A stretch of DNA of 64,000 nucleotides from the human T2T-CHM13v2.0 reference genome, Homo sapiens: NCBI RefSeq assembly GCF_009914755.1, contig NC_060940.1; one strand, given 5' to 3'. The notes beneath the pieces are model-generated. The model searched no databases. It was not told the DNA's origin and saw nothing but the letters and a program-made list of their open reading frames with translations. Shown here one piece after another: positions 29,788 to 52,840 of this stretch. A program made the translations under genes and the position numbers. Positions within the stretch are counted from its first letter, which is position 1; every line of letters starts with the position of its first letter.

Positions 29788-29861
29788 TAACAATGATGAT
29801 GTTATGTTGATTTCTGTGGAAAGTCCTAATTTGACAACTCCAATTACATCAAATCCAACAG
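29788..29861 (+). CDS. ATF7IP2: ATF7IP2 coding exon (phase 2 to 1)
   Basis: attttag acceptor, CAG|gtatct donor; encodes (S)NNDDVMLISVESPNLTTPITSNPT; phase matches both neighbours. Confidence 0.85.
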
Positions 29862-30247
29862 GTATCTTATAGCTGATTAGAATATGATCTATCAAGTTAG
29901 AAGGCCTTAAATCAATGTTTGCTTTAAAGTGAAAAATTGAATAATATCTTTTAATAAAATGAAAAATTTAAATGTACTCTCAAATGTTCTAATTTATATC
30001 ATGGTTAATATTACCTAAATAAATGATTCCTTAATGTAATTGAGATTTCATTTTAACCTTGTGTTTTATCAGTTTAGGGCCTTTTGTTTCTTTTATGTGT
30101 TTAATGACTTTATAACTTGTAAAAACTACTTATTTTTAATGGTTTGCCCTGGCCTTTTTTTGATGGTAGTGACGGTTTGTTTTTTGTCTTCTTATTTTTT
30201 ATCTATTAAGTTATCTTATAGTCTACTTAAGATTTAAAATTTGTCTA

Positions 30248-30628
<381 letters not shown>

Positions 30629-31156
30629 TCAAAATTCCCCATTTTCATTTCATTTTCTACTATGTTAAAGTATTTGCATCTTAATTTTAAAGCTTTGCCT
30701 CCACTTAATAGCTACTTAATTGTCCCCACAATTTGGGCTAACATTGTGAATCAGAGAATTACAAAGGATGTTAATCATTTATCTTAGGCTTCCTACTGGT
30801 TCCAGGAAGAGTGCTTCTCAGCCATGTCAGGCAGTTGTAGTCTAAAAATACTGTGAATTAAAAGTGTGTGCATTTCCAGGTGTATTTTCTCATGGAAATT
30901 TCTAGGTAGATTTTCAAAAAAAGAGTTACTAATATAGTTGCAAAGTTACAGAAAGACAAAATGGTTTGACCCAAAATTACATTTTTTTAAAAAAATTTCA
31001 TTCAGTCTTTGGAATAGGTAAAGTCAATTGAGTTACTTTTTATCACTGTATAATTAACAGCTAATTAGCATCCCTATTATTTTGTTTTAGCATTCATATT
31101 TCACAAAGCCCATAAATATTGTGTAATAAATTTGTCAAATGTCTAATTTCTTTCAG

Positions 31157-31212
31157 ATACCAGAAAAATTACATCAGGAAATTCTAGCAATTCTCCCAAT
31201 GCTGAAGTTATG
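31157..31212 (+). CDS. ATF7IP2: ATF7IP2 coding exon (phase 1 to 0)
   Basis: tttctttcag acceptor, ATG|gtgagt donor; encodes (D)TRKITSGNSSNSPNAEVM. Confidence 0.85.
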
Positions 31213-31600
31213 GTGAGTAATAAATATTGACTCTGAATATTGTTTATTTAAATATGTTAGTTCAAGGAACTTTAGTGTTTGCTACATGTTGGATGATTTA
31301 GTTTTAGTCCACGTTACACACTGAAAAGCAGACAGCTAATGATAAGCATAATTCATAACGATACTCATTTACCAAATTCATTTACATTCTCCTTAGTCAT
31401 ATTCTCAGAAACCATTTAGTATTTTATAAGAGCTTTTTAATAGTAGAGTTAAACCACAAGAGACTTAGAGAATGTTCCATCTCTAGTTTCCGAATGGTGA
31501 TTTAAAATTACCATTTAAAATTACCAAATGGTTTTAAATTTTTAAAAACATTTTCAGCTATTGAGGCAAAGCTTTTTTTTTTTTTTTACAATTTTTTTAG

Positions 31601-31667
31601 GCTGTACAGAAGAAACTTGATTCTATAATTGATTTGACAAAAGAAGGCCTATCCAACTGCAATACAG
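31601..31667 (+). CDS. ATF7IP2: ATF7IP2 coding exon with SUMO-interacting motif (phase 0 to 1)
   Basis: Poly-T ag acceptor, CAG|gtaaaa donor; encodes AVQKKLDSIIDLTKEGLSNCNT. IIDLT matches the VIDLT SIM of ATF7IP/MCAF1. Confidence 0.88.
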
Positions 31668-32309
31668 GTAAAAGGATTTTTTAGATCTTTCTTTTGTAAA
31701 AAGGAGGGAAGGGTAACAACTCATAATGCACTGGGTCTACTTATGAAGTTTGTTTTAATATGTGAGTGTGCCTATGTTTATATCTCTGTGCAGTTTTAGC
31801 TCATGTGCAGATTCATGTAACTGCCGTCACAGTGACAAAGCTCCTTCATGCTACCCCTTTATACTCACACCTTGTTTCTGCCCCAATCCCTGGCAGCCAC
31901 CAATCTGTTCTGTACTATAATTGTTATTTCACAAATTTACATAAATTTGATAATGCAGTATGTGTCCTTCGGAGATTGACTTCTTCCGAGGGTCATCCAC
32001 ATTCTTGTGTAACAGTAGTGTGTGTTCCTCTTTATTGCCAAGAGTAGCCCGTGGTGTGGATGCATCATAATTTCTTTATTCATAAACCCATTGAAAGACA
32101 TCTGGCTTGTTGGGGACTTTTACACATTTATTTTCTTCCTGTGGTACATACTTTTTTCCCTAACCACAACAATAGCAGCTAAGAGGACGCACAGAGAAAC
32201 AGAAACTGGGGTATAACATGAAAATGTAGACAGAGAGTGACAACAGTGTCTGTCGTCTTTCACAGATTTAAGGAAAAAGAAGTGAAATACAGTCGTGGGG
32301 CTGGGGATC

Positions 32310-33590
<1,281 letters not shown>

Positions 33591-34177
33591 AAGGAAATAA
33601 ACATTACTTGGGTTGGAATGAAAGTCCTGTTTTGTCTCTTATTATCATAAAGTTCAGCTTCTGTTGTAGTCTGTTTTAATTTGCCAAGGGCCAGTTGACT
33701 TACTGCCTTGAAAGAAGGAATATTATTTACAAGAAATTATATTTGCTAGGATATTTTAAATATTCAGCTGTTGGCTAAAAATGTAAAGGTTATTTGTATT
33801 AGTTCTTAACCTGTAGATTATAATTGTACAAATCTGTCTCTTAAAGCTAGTACAAAATAGCTGAACAGACTCTCTAAAATAATAAACTCCTTACTTCTAG
33901 GAAGGTTTTTGTAAAAATACCAGTAAATAAGGTGACTAACTGTGAAACACAATACAGAATCTTGTTCATCTTTGTGAAAAGAAAAATATAAGTAAAAGAA
34001 ATTTCATTTGGAGGATTCATAAAATATATTAGTTACATCACAGGATATAAAGGATCTAAAATGGTTTTTACTGCTTAATTCTGGGATTTTTAGCTACCCA
34101 ACTTTCATACTTTCCAATATAAACCCCCTTTTCTTAACCATCCCTGTATTTACTCTCCCCAGTTGTGTGTGTGTGTG

Positions 34178-37638
<3,461 letters not shown>

Positions 37639-37933
37639 TTTTTTTTTTTTTTTTTTTTGAGACAGTCTTGTTCTGCCCTCTGTCACCCAGGCTAGAATGC
37701 AGTGGCTTGATCTTGGCTCACTTCAACCTCCACCTCCCGGGTTTAAGCAATTCTCTGTCTCAGCCTCCCGAGTAGCTGGGACTACAGGCACGCGCCACCA
37801 CACCCAGCTAATTTTGTATTTTTAGTAGAGATAGGATTCTACCATGTTGCCCAGGCTGATCTGGAACTCCTGACCTCAAGTCATCTGCCTCCTAAAGTGC
37901 TGGGATGACAGATGTGAGCCACTATGCACAGCC
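37639..37933 (-). mobile_element. Alu (AluJb/Sz-like) abutting the older L1
   Basis: Poly-T then reverse Alu, followed by TCCCCAGTTGT, which also occurs at 34156-34166. Confidence 0.9.
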
Positions 37934-38535
37934 TCCCCAGTTGTTTTCAATCCATTCTTTTGCCTACTTGTACCTTCTTTCCCTCCCACCCATCCACATT
38001 TTTCGTGTTCCATTCCTTTCTTCTTCTCACCATCTATTTTCCTTTCTGTTTCTCCTCCTTCCCCTCTTCTTTTCCCCACTCCACATTTTATGCCTAATTC
38101 CTTCCAGAGGAGCACAGACCTCATTAGTTGAGATTTCTTTAACCCCAACCCACATGATTTTTAGTTTGAATTCCTAAAACTTGGCTATAGATTATAAATG
38201 GCTCTGTGTTTGTAGACATCTTTGTTGGCCTAACGAGAAAATTTGCCTCTAAGATCATTTATCAGAGATCTCTGTCCCATGTGTAAACCTATCTAGTTGC
38301 CAGTTACACAATGTCTAAAGTGTTTACCTTAAGGGGAATTTTTGTCACCTTAAAAATTTTCTATATTTGGTACCTCTGTATCTTGAACTTTAATTAAAAG
38401 TGTATCTTCATAATTCACAGTTTTATAATTTTAATTCACATTTAATTACCACCAAAGATGTAAACTATAGCTTAAAGGCTATGGAATTGATTATTGCAGA
38501 TAAGATTTACTTCTTAAACCTTGTGTTGTTCACAG

Positions 38536-38621
38536 AAAGTCCAGTATCCCCCCTGGAGTCACATTCGAAAGCTGCTTCAAACTCAAAGGAAACAACCCCA
38601 TTGGCACAAAATGCAGTCCAG
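38536..38621 (+). CDS. ATF7IP2: ATF7IP2 penultimate coding exon (phase 1 to 0)
   Basis: ttgttcacag acceptor, CAG|gtactg donor; encodes (E)SPVSPLESHSKAASNSKETTPLAQNAVQ. Confidence 0.85.
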
Positions 38622-38899
38622 GTACTGATTCAAAGTGCTCTGTAAGGGATATTTATTCCAAATTGAGTGGGAAGTAGCTATGTTACTCTTGAAGAAACAT
38701 TTGGGTCACATTTCAGCTTAGACAACAATTTAGTGTGCTGTTGTTAATCTACTTATTTATACAATTAAAATTATTCAGTTGAGTTTTACAGAAGCTACAG
38801 AAATTAAAACAAATACTTTTTTTATTGAACAAATTGGAAAAGAAGCAATAGCCATTGTTGATGAGGATGGGAGGAAAAGGGTGTTCTCATATACTGTCA

Positions 38900-39165
38900 C
38901 TTTTTGAGACCGAATCTTGCCCTGTTGCCCAGGCTATAGTGCGGTGGCATGATCTCGGCTCACTGCAACCTCCACCTCCTGGGTTCAAGTGAGTCCCCTG
39001 CCTCAGCCTCCCGAGTAGCTGGGATTTCCCGAGTAGCTGGGATTACAGGCACGCACCACCACGCACAGCTAATTTTTGTATTTTTAGTAGAGACAGGATT
39101 TTGCCATGTTGGCCAGGCTGGTCTCAAACTCCTGACCTCAGGTGAGGCAATGCACCCAGCCATGC
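38900..39165 (-). mobile_element. Alu with an internal 18 bp duplication, in the last intron
   Basis: Reverse Alu; CCCGAGTAGCTGGGATT occurs twice. Confidence 0.9.
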
Positions 39166-39456
39166 TGACACTTTTCATGTAAATTAGTATAGTGTTTGAG
39201 AGCGCAATTTGGAAATGAGATGGAATATTTATCCCACATGTCTGGAACCTAACCCATTCTGGATTATTGATATTCCAGGATATAGAAATCTTAAATCCAA
39301 AAGAGGATTCTGCTTAAAGGACTGGATCCAGCCTCACATATTACTGAAATATCCTTTTATTATTTTGATAAATGGATTGAAGAATGAGAAATATATATTT
39401 CTACAACTGCAATTGACCACTTTAAAAGCTATATTTTCTTACAATTGTGTTTTTAG

Positions 39457-39870
39457 GTTCCTGAGTCCTTTGAGCACCTGCCACCTCTCCCAGAACCACC
39501 AGCACCACTACCTGAATTAGTAGACAAAACCCGAGACACACTTCCTCCCCAGAAGCCTGAGCTCAAAGTGAAACGGGTTTTCAGACCAAATGGCATTGCC
39601 CTGACTTGGAATATAACCAAAATCAATCCCAAGTGTGCTCCTGTAGAAAGCTACCACCTCTTCCTGTGTCATGAGAACTCTAATAATAAGTTGATTTGGA
39701 AGAAGATTGGAGAAATTAAAGCTTTACCACTCCCCATGGCCTGTACTTTATCTCAGTTTTTAGCTTCCAACAGATACTATTTTACTGTCCAATCAAAAGA
39801 TATTTTTGGACGATATGGACCATTCTGTGATATAAAATCTATCCCTGGGTTTTCTGAAAATCTTACGTAA
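39457..39870 (+). CDS. ATF7IP2: ATF7IP2 (MCAF2) last coding exon: proline-rich linker plus fibronectin type III domain
   Basis: ttttag acceptor; LPPQKPELKVKRV..NGIALTW..WKKIGEIKALPLPMACTLSQF..YYFTVQSKDIFGRYGPFCD is the ATF7IP/Windei family FN3 signature. Stop TAA at 39868-39870. Confidence 0.95.
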   Translation, partial: VPESFEHLPPLPEPPAPLPELVDKTRDTLPPQKPELKVKRVFRPNGIALTWNITKINPKCAPVESYHLFLCHENSNNKLIWKKIGEIKALPLPMACTLSQFLASNRYYFTVQSKDIFGRYGPFCDIKSIPGFSENLT

Positions 39871-40333
39871 AAGGTGTTTAATAATGATATACTACTTTTT
39901 TTTTCATATTTGTTTGTTTGCAATGTTACTGTAATACTATTTGCCATTGTAAAAGGCCAGCTCAGATTGTGAGCCCTTTCTATTGGGACAGTCCTCTTCT
40001 ATATGTTTTAAGTGGCCAGTAATTTAATGAATTTCTGGTTTGTATTAAATATGTCCTTCCAATGGATAAGTTCTAAAACATACGCTATCATTGGCCCATG
40101 TTGCTGAGGTGCATTGTGAACAATACCTTTAGTGACTGTGGAACTGCTGCTTCTATCAGAAGACCTAGGATACAAGCAGCCACTGTTTCCTCCGTTAACA
40201 ATCAGCTTTTAGTAACCTGCTGTGGTCAGCATAGCTACAGGAAAAGTCAGCCCTTGACTGAGGGCCAGATCATCCCTGGAGTGCACCTCTACTAAGATTT
40301 TATGAAAAGATGACATGTTGGGCTGCATGATAA

Positions 40334-40863
<530 letters not shown>

Positions 40864-41237
40864 TGAGTTGAGAATGCATTTGTCCACCTTTGATTTGAGG
40901 CTTTAGTTTGCTGATTTCCTAAATGCTACCCTTTGATCATTTCCTGGCCACCATCACAATACTAAGGGGCTCAGATGTGTCTTGTGCCCACCTCTTCCTG
41001 AGAAGAGATGGAAGTGGAGCTGTGACTAGTACAAGCAGCCCAAGAAACTCTGAACGGGACCCAATGGAGGCAAACTTGAGCAAATAATTGGGATGATAAG
41101 AAACAAAAATAATCCCAACTGTTTGAAAGTTCGAAAGAGGGGCATTCTTTTCTGGTACATGGTGAGAGTTCAGGCTCCAGAGACTCAAAACGGAATGGTT
41201 TTCCTTGGCATTTTGTAAATGCTCTCACATCTGTAGC

Positions 41238-41243
41238 AATAAA
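41238..41243 (+). terminator. Probable distal polyadenylation signal
   Basis: AATAAA followed about 20 nt later by a GT/T-rich element (gtgttctatgtctttattttt). Confidence 0.65.
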
Positions 41244-41581
41244 GCTGTTATTTTCTGCAGTGTTCTATGTCTTTATTTTTAAGAAAATTACTGATTCATG
41301 AGAGGAACTGCCCAGTGAGTTCCATTTCCTACTCAGAGCCAGGAACTCACCCTGGGATTGCCATGGACTAGACATTCACTCACTGTGAAGCCCAAAGACG
41401 CGGCCTATAAACAAGATTTTGGTACCCATTACCAAGTGAACCTGCATCTGCAACCAGTGGGCCATCTGGAACGATGATCGATGCTCAAGTCTCTAGCAAA
41501 TGAGCCTTTATGATCACAGGAAGAGAGAGAGAGGCTGACAGCAAACCTCTTAAGAGGTGGTACCTCAGAAAGCATTACTGT

Positions 41582-42193
<612 letters not shown>

Positions 42194-42879
42194 GATCCTC
42201 GACTGTTAACACAGCAGTGACACCAGAAAGGAGCTAGCCAGCCTAAGGACAAAAGTCATGCTCGTAACACAGTCACACAGTACACAGAACCCACAACCTG
42301 ACCCCACCCCACAAAATGCTTCCTATACCTCCAGTGGGAAACCTTTATACCTTCATTAGGTAACAGAATCAAACTGAGTGATGACTGAAAATTGAATACA
42401 TTGAGAAAAGGCTACGGAGTGGCCCAAGGAATCACTAGGAATCCTACAGACTCAAGGAAAAAATACTTTGCAACAACCCAATGAGGTTTGGAACCTGCTA
42501 CAGTTTATGCAATTCACATTCTACATAATGATATGTTAGACATTTTATGCCCATTTTAAAGATGGAGAGACGAGCCCAGAGAGCTTAGGAGACTTGTGCA
42601 AGGTCACAGAGGCCCAGGGAATAATTACAGCCAGGATTCAAAACCAGCTACATGGTTCTGATTCATGCTGTGTACACCATGCTCTGCTGTCTGTGGGAAC
42701 TAGACTGAAGGAACAGTTAGTTAGAATTCACACTCTTTGCTGCCTTGTGGCTCCAGATTGAAATCCCAGCCTCTGATTGGCTTATCCTAGGGCGTATGTT
42801 CAAGTTGCAAGGTGAATTGGGGAAGCAAACCTCTGGTATTTCTAAACTTCAGTGAGAGGTATACACAAGGTAAGTGTGG

Positions 42880-43389
42880 TGGTTCTGGACTGTGTTCCCG
42901 TAGCTAAGCTAGAACTACCTGCCCAGGATTTCCTTCCCTGGCTGGTTCAAGGTTAGCATTGATCATGAGACATTTGCTGAGATTTGGAGAGCAGAAGTGA
43001 AATGGCATCACATGTCTTAGGTTCCAAAGGGCAGTGCAGGACATCAGAACGAGGCAGCTGGTGTGCACTGTTGCTCATCTGCGAGTTGATGGACCTGCAG
43101 TTGCCATCAAAGCCACCTCTAGCCTGTCCAAGTACAGGGCACATATGGGTGCTGCTGTGTGTTTTTCCCACAGCCCATTATTCCCATGGCTTCAAGGTGG
43201 GATTGGTGACACAGGTTCCAGTTTGTACTTGGTCCCAACTACATCCATCCTTCCTCCCCAACAGCCTGCCTGGTTGACCGATGGTGACTCCAGGCTTCAC
43301 AATAGACACAAAGGGAACAGTTTATGTGACCTCCTCCACCAGCTTTCATGCATAGGAACAAGTCTGGCCCCATGAGAGATCCTTATTCT
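42880..43389. mobile_element. Ancient ERVL-type LTR fragment (LTR33/LTR41-like), probable target of the provirus
   Basis: Motifs cccaggatttccttccctgg and gagatttggagagcagaagtgaa resemble recalled consensus only. Confidence 0.4.
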
Positions 43390-43901
43390 TGTTGAATACC
43401 ACGAGTTCTAAATTTCTCTTCAAAGATCAGTATGTCAGTATGTTCAGTTCTTTGTTCTCCATTTTGAAGCTTAACTTCCTCATTCTCCTCACCCCTAGTT
43501 GCAATAAACAACCTTTTCCACCAGATCTAATCAGTAGTTCACATCTGTTCTCCTGGTCACCTGCTCTGACCTGAGTCATCCTGAGTCACCTGTTCTGTAA
43601 CTGCACTTCCCACCAAACTACTCACCCTGCCACTCTGGCTCGTACCCCTGCTCTTTTTAAAATAGCTTATCAGAATTAGCTTAGACTGTGTGGTCCAACC
43701 CTAGCCAATAGGGGAATGACACAGCAGTAGGGGCTACCTGAGTCAGGAATAAAAACCCCTTCCCCCTCCCTTGTTCAGGTGTGCTCTCACCATTGCTCCA
43801 CCCATGAGTCGCACCCTTCTATAGAAGGAAAATTGCCTTGCTGAGAAAATTAAATTTATGTTCGAGTGCTATTTCTTTTGTGGTACCGAAAATTTATAAC
43901 A
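43390..43901 (+). mobile_element. 5' LTR (LTR10A-like)
   Basis: TG...CA ends; direct repeat of 52303-52840; CCAAT box; TGAGTCA at 43572, 43582 and 43739. Confidence 0.92.
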
Positions 43902-43907
43902 ATTTGC

Positions 43908-44257
<350 letters not shown>

Positions 44258-44572
44258 TCATCAGGAGAAGTGCCCCACTGCCTTGTTGCAGCAGCCTCGG
44301 GTAAGGAATTGAGACCCACCCGGTATGATGAATAAACCCACACTCTCAGCAACGCGGAAAGAAACTGACCGGCGACCTTGGGGAAAGGATCCTCACATAC
44401 CACGGTGACTAGGTAACTCTGTGCACAGACCAAGGTAAGAAACGTTGCAACAGCGGCAAAGTATTTCCTTGGTGGTTGGGACGTACCAAGGCAAGAAAAG
44501 CCTCAGGGGTGGTGAAGTATTCCTTGGTCAGGGGATCTTGGAGATTGAAAGTGTAAGAAGAAGTGGCAAGAC

Positions 44573-44699
44573 ATTTCCAGTAGGGGAAATTGAGCCTCAC
44601 TCCAAAAGTTTTGGCAAGCAATTTCCAGTAAGGGAAATTGAGCCTTACCCTAATACGTGAGAAATTTCCAGTAAAGGGAGATTGAGCCTCACCCCAAAA
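44573..44699 (+). repeat. Three ~35 bp direct repeats in the ERV leader just before the gag ATG
   Basis: ATTTCCAGTARRGRARATTGAGCCT at 44573, 44621 and 44664; two homologous units occur at ~4464-4560 in the other provirus. Confidence 0.85.
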
Positions 44700-44707
44700 C
44701 AATCAAG

Positions 44708-46300
<1,593 letters not shown>

Positions 46301-46309
46301 AAGAAGAAC

Positions 46310-49300
46310 AAAGGTCATATATAAAAGAAAATCAGCTAATATTAAATTTCTGTTAATTCCAGAAGCAGAGACAAATCTGCTACGAAGAGGTTTGATGCTA
46401 GAATTAGGCTTAGGCCTCCAAATCAATCATGGAAAATTCCTCCCCTCCCTAAACTTGCTCACCACCGCAGACAAAGAACACATTCATCCTGAGATACCGT
46501 CAAAAGATGGGAATTGAGGAAAGTTAGATTCCTCAGATTCATGTTAAATTAAAAACCCCTGGGGAAGTAGTAAAGAGAAAGCAAGGTACCCTATTCTTTT
46601 AAAAGCCAGGATAAATTTAAAACCTATAATTGATAATTGAAGGTCTTCTCAGTGATGGGCTTCTTAAACCCCGTATGTCTCCCTAAAACACTCCAATACT
46701 GCTTGTAAAGAAGCCAGATGGGTCATACCGGTTAATGCAAGACCTTAGAGCTATTAATCAAATAGTCCAAACTACCCACCCTGTTGTTCTCAATGCTTAT
46801 ACTATTAACAGTAGAGTCCCATACAGTCACCAATGGTTTACAGTAATAGATTTAAAAGATGCATTCTGGGCTTGTCCGTTAGCAGAGGACAGCCGGGACC
46901 TATTTGCCTTTGAGTAAGAAGACCCTCACTCCAGTCAAAAATAGCAATACGGATAGACAGTCTTACCCCAAGGGTTTACAGAGTCTCCAAATGTCAAATA
47001 TTAGAACAAGTCATTTAATTAGCAAAGGTAAACCGAACATTGAGCTTGATCGGATTGAAGGCATTATATCCTTGCCTCTGCCGGAGACTAAACAAGAACT
47101 TAGAAAATTTTAGGATTAGTCGGGTACTGTCGTCTATGGATAGGCTTTTATACAAAAAGTTCACGCAAGATGGGCCAAACCCCCCCATTTGGCAATTACC
47201 AGAAATCCAATAGGTGGAAAGGTTAAAACATCTATTAGTAACTGCCCCTGTCCTAGCTTTACCCTCTGTAAGCAGCCATTCCATCTTTTTTCAGTGTGAA
47301 CAAGGGCGTAGCCTTAGAAATACCCAAAAGCACAGAGGCCACTGGCAACCCATAGCCTTCCTATCAAAAATCCTTAATCCAGTAACCCGTGGATGGCCCA
47401 AATGCATTCAATCTATAGTGGCAACTGCTGTGCTAACAGAAGAAAGTAGAAAAATAACTTTTAGAGGAATCCTCATTGTGAGCACACCTCACCAGGTCAG
47501 AACTATCCTAGGTCAAAAAACAAAGGTAGCTTACTGACTCAAGAATCTTAAATCAGGCTATTCTGTTAGAAAAAGATGATTTAACATTAACCACTGATAA
47601 TTCGCTTAACCCAGCAGGTTTCCTAACAGGGGATATAAATCTAAAGAGAGAGCACACATGTTTAGATGTAATTAATTACCATACAAAGATCTGACCAGAC
47701 CTAGGAGAAACTCCCTTCAGAACAGGACAACACTTATTTACAGATGGTTCCTCCCAGATGATTGAGGGAAAAAGACACAATAGGTGTTCAGTAATTGACA
47801 GAGAAACTCTTGTAGAAATAGAGTTAGGAAATTTGCCTAATAATTGGTCTGCTCAAACTTGTGAGCTGTTTGCACTCAGCCAAGCCTTAAAGCACTTACA
47901 GAACCAGGAAAGAGCCATCTATACCAATTCTAAGCATGCCTTTGGAGTGGCTCATAGATTTGGAAAAATTTGGACTGAACGAGGTCTTATTAATAGCAAA
48001 GGCCAAGACCTGGTCCCCAAGGAATTAATCACCCAAGTATTAAATAACCTTCAATTGCCAAAAGAAATAGCTATTGTCCATGTCCCCAGACACCAGAAAA
48101 AGCCTTTCTTTAATTAAAGTCCCAAATTTACAAGGTTTTCAACAAAAGGAAAGTTTGCTAAAAGTTAACAGTGTAACATGTATTATCCTAACTTTTAATC
48201 TTGTGCCGTAGGCAGTCTAGTCCACAGACATGAAGGAAGTTTGCTTTAGGAAAGAATGGTTATCATCTCTGACATTAAAAAAAAAAAAAGAATTTATGTA
48301 AAAACAATCTTATATGGTAAATTCTTGTCCTAAAATAAATTAACTGGTTGTTGAAAGAAAAGGATGTTTACAACAAGTCAGAAAGTTAAGGCATGTTAAA
48401 GATTGTCTGTGAAAGTCATGAAAAATGTTATAAAAGGGAATTTATGCCAGAAATGTTGTATAATTTAAAAGTAATTAGGCCTCCTGAATGTAAAACTATT
48501 GAAGAAACAGTTTATGTGCAAGGTGTGTAAGAAAAATAAAATATACTTTTGGTAAAAGGATTATAAGGTGGCATAAGAATGTGGATTTTTACCTACATTA
48601 AAAGTTTAAAAATTGTTTTGAAAATTTAAGGAAGTTTTGAAACATTAATTGTAAAGGAAATTCTGTGTGTAAACATATTAAAGTTAAAGGGGTATCATCC
48701 AGTTTTTCTGTGAACTGGGCATTAAAATAAAAGCACAACAGGTTTTTCTTAAAGCACTAACCTGGTCTTTAACAAAAATTATAAAGGGTTTAAAAGAGTC
48801 TATAAAAATCTTACCTTATGGTCAGACATTAAAATTGCATAAATATGTCACAAGGTTTTATTAAAATTGAGTTTAACATTAATAGCACATTAATATAAAG
48901 GTGAAATGTAGCTTATCCAGTATAAAATCATACAGGAAGCACTGTCAAATATAAAATGCTGTTTGGCTTTCTTTGGTCTAAAAACTAATAAAAATAGGTG
49001 CTAAAGAGAATTCAGAAAGAAAATGGATATTGCCAGACCAGAAAGAAATGTTATCCAAACCCCTTATGAGGAAAATCTTGTTCCAACTGCATCAAGGGAA
49101 CCATTGGGGGCCCCAGGTCATGTGTGACGCAGTCCTCAGAGTTTATGGGTGGATAGAAATTTATACCCTGGCCAAATGGGTTACAGAAAGTTGCACAGTA
49201 AAAGCTTCCCCTTTAGGGAAAGGAGTCCAGGCTTAAGGCCATTCCAAAGTATCCAGATTGATTACACAGAGATGCCTCCAACTGGTCATCTAAAGTATTT

Positions 49301-49984
49301 ATTAGTAATAGTAGATCACCTTATTCATTGGGTAGAAGCTATTTCCTTTTCAAGTACAACTGCTAATAATGTAGTCAAGGCATTAGTTGAAAATATTGTA
49401 CCCATGTTTAGATTATTAGAAAACATTGATTCAGATAATAGGATTCATTTCACTGCACATGTCATTAAGAAATTAGCACAGGTACCAGATATAACATGGG
49501 AAGATACTCCTTGACACCCACCTTCATCAGGGAAAGTAGAAAGGCCTATTACCCTGTTGAGAGTCTGAACTGCTCCCCCCAAAGACATAGGCCTATCCCC
49601 TCATGAGATGCTTTATGGATTGCCTTATCTACATTCTATTACTGATCTTCCTACATTTGAAACAAACAATCAGTTTCTCAGAAATTATATACTTGGTTTA
49701 CCTTCCACTGTCTCTTCCCCCAGAACTAAAGGTCTTTTAGCACAGGTGCCACCCCTAGAGTTTCCAGTACACCACCATCAGCCTGAGGACCACGACCTCC
49801 TCAAAAGTTGGATGGAGGGAAAACTCAAACTGGCTTGGGAAGGACCCTACCTAGTGCTGCAAACCACCGAGATCTCAGTTCGAAAAGCAGAAAACGGATG
49901 GACTCATCACACCTGGGTCAAAAGAACAACACCCCCTCCAAAATCACAGACAGCTATTCCAAGGCCAATTCCAAGGAAGCTAAA

Positions 49985-50000
<16 letters not shown>
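46310..50000 (+). pseudogene. pro-pol remnant (protease end, RT, RNase H, integrase)
   Basis: TNLLRRGLM protease C-terminus; QDLRAINQ and WFTVIDLKDAFW RT motifs; AQTCELFAL RNase H; IQIDYTEM..IDSDN integrase; WEGPYLVL. Many stops. Confidence 0.92.
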
Positions 50001-52290
<2,290 letters not shown>

Positions 52291-52302
52291 AGAGGATGAA
52301 GT

Positions 52303-52840
52303 TGTTGAATACAGTGAGTTCTAAATTTCTCTTCAAAGAATCAGTATGTCAGTATGTTCAGTTCTTTATTCTCCATTTTATAGTTTAACTTCCTCATTCT
52401 CCTCACCCCTAGTTTCAGTAGACAACCTTTTCCAGTTTTAATCAGTAGTTCACATCTGTTCCCCTGGTCACCTGCTCCATCCTGAGTCACCCCTGGTCAC
52501 CTGCTGTGTCCCGAATTATCCTGAGTCACCTGTTCTGTAACTGCCCTTCCTGCCAAACTACTTACTCCACCACTCCAGTTCATACCCCTGCTCTCTTTAA
52601 AATAGCCAGTCAGAATCAGCTTAGACTGTGAGGTCCAACCCTAGCCAATAGGGGACGTGGCAGTAGGGGCTACCTGCGTCAGGAATAAAAACCCCTTCTC
52701 CTCCCTTGTTCAGGTGCGCTCTCGCCATTGCTCCATCCGTGAGTCACACCCTTCTATAGAAGTAAAATTGCCTTGCTGAGAAAATTAAATTTATGTTCCA
52801 GTGCTATTTCTTTTGCAGCACCAAAAAATTATTTGTAATT
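52303..52840 (+). mobile_element. 3' LTR (LTR10A-like)
   Basis: Preceded by the purine tract AAGAGGATGAAG; direct repeat of the 5' LTR; TGAGTCA at 52483 and 52522. Confidence 0.92.

Noticed and set aside
44573-44699. Repeat-spacer-like pattern resembling a CRISPR array
   Set aside because: Three imperfect ERV leader repeats with very short spacers in primate DNA, also present in the other provirus.
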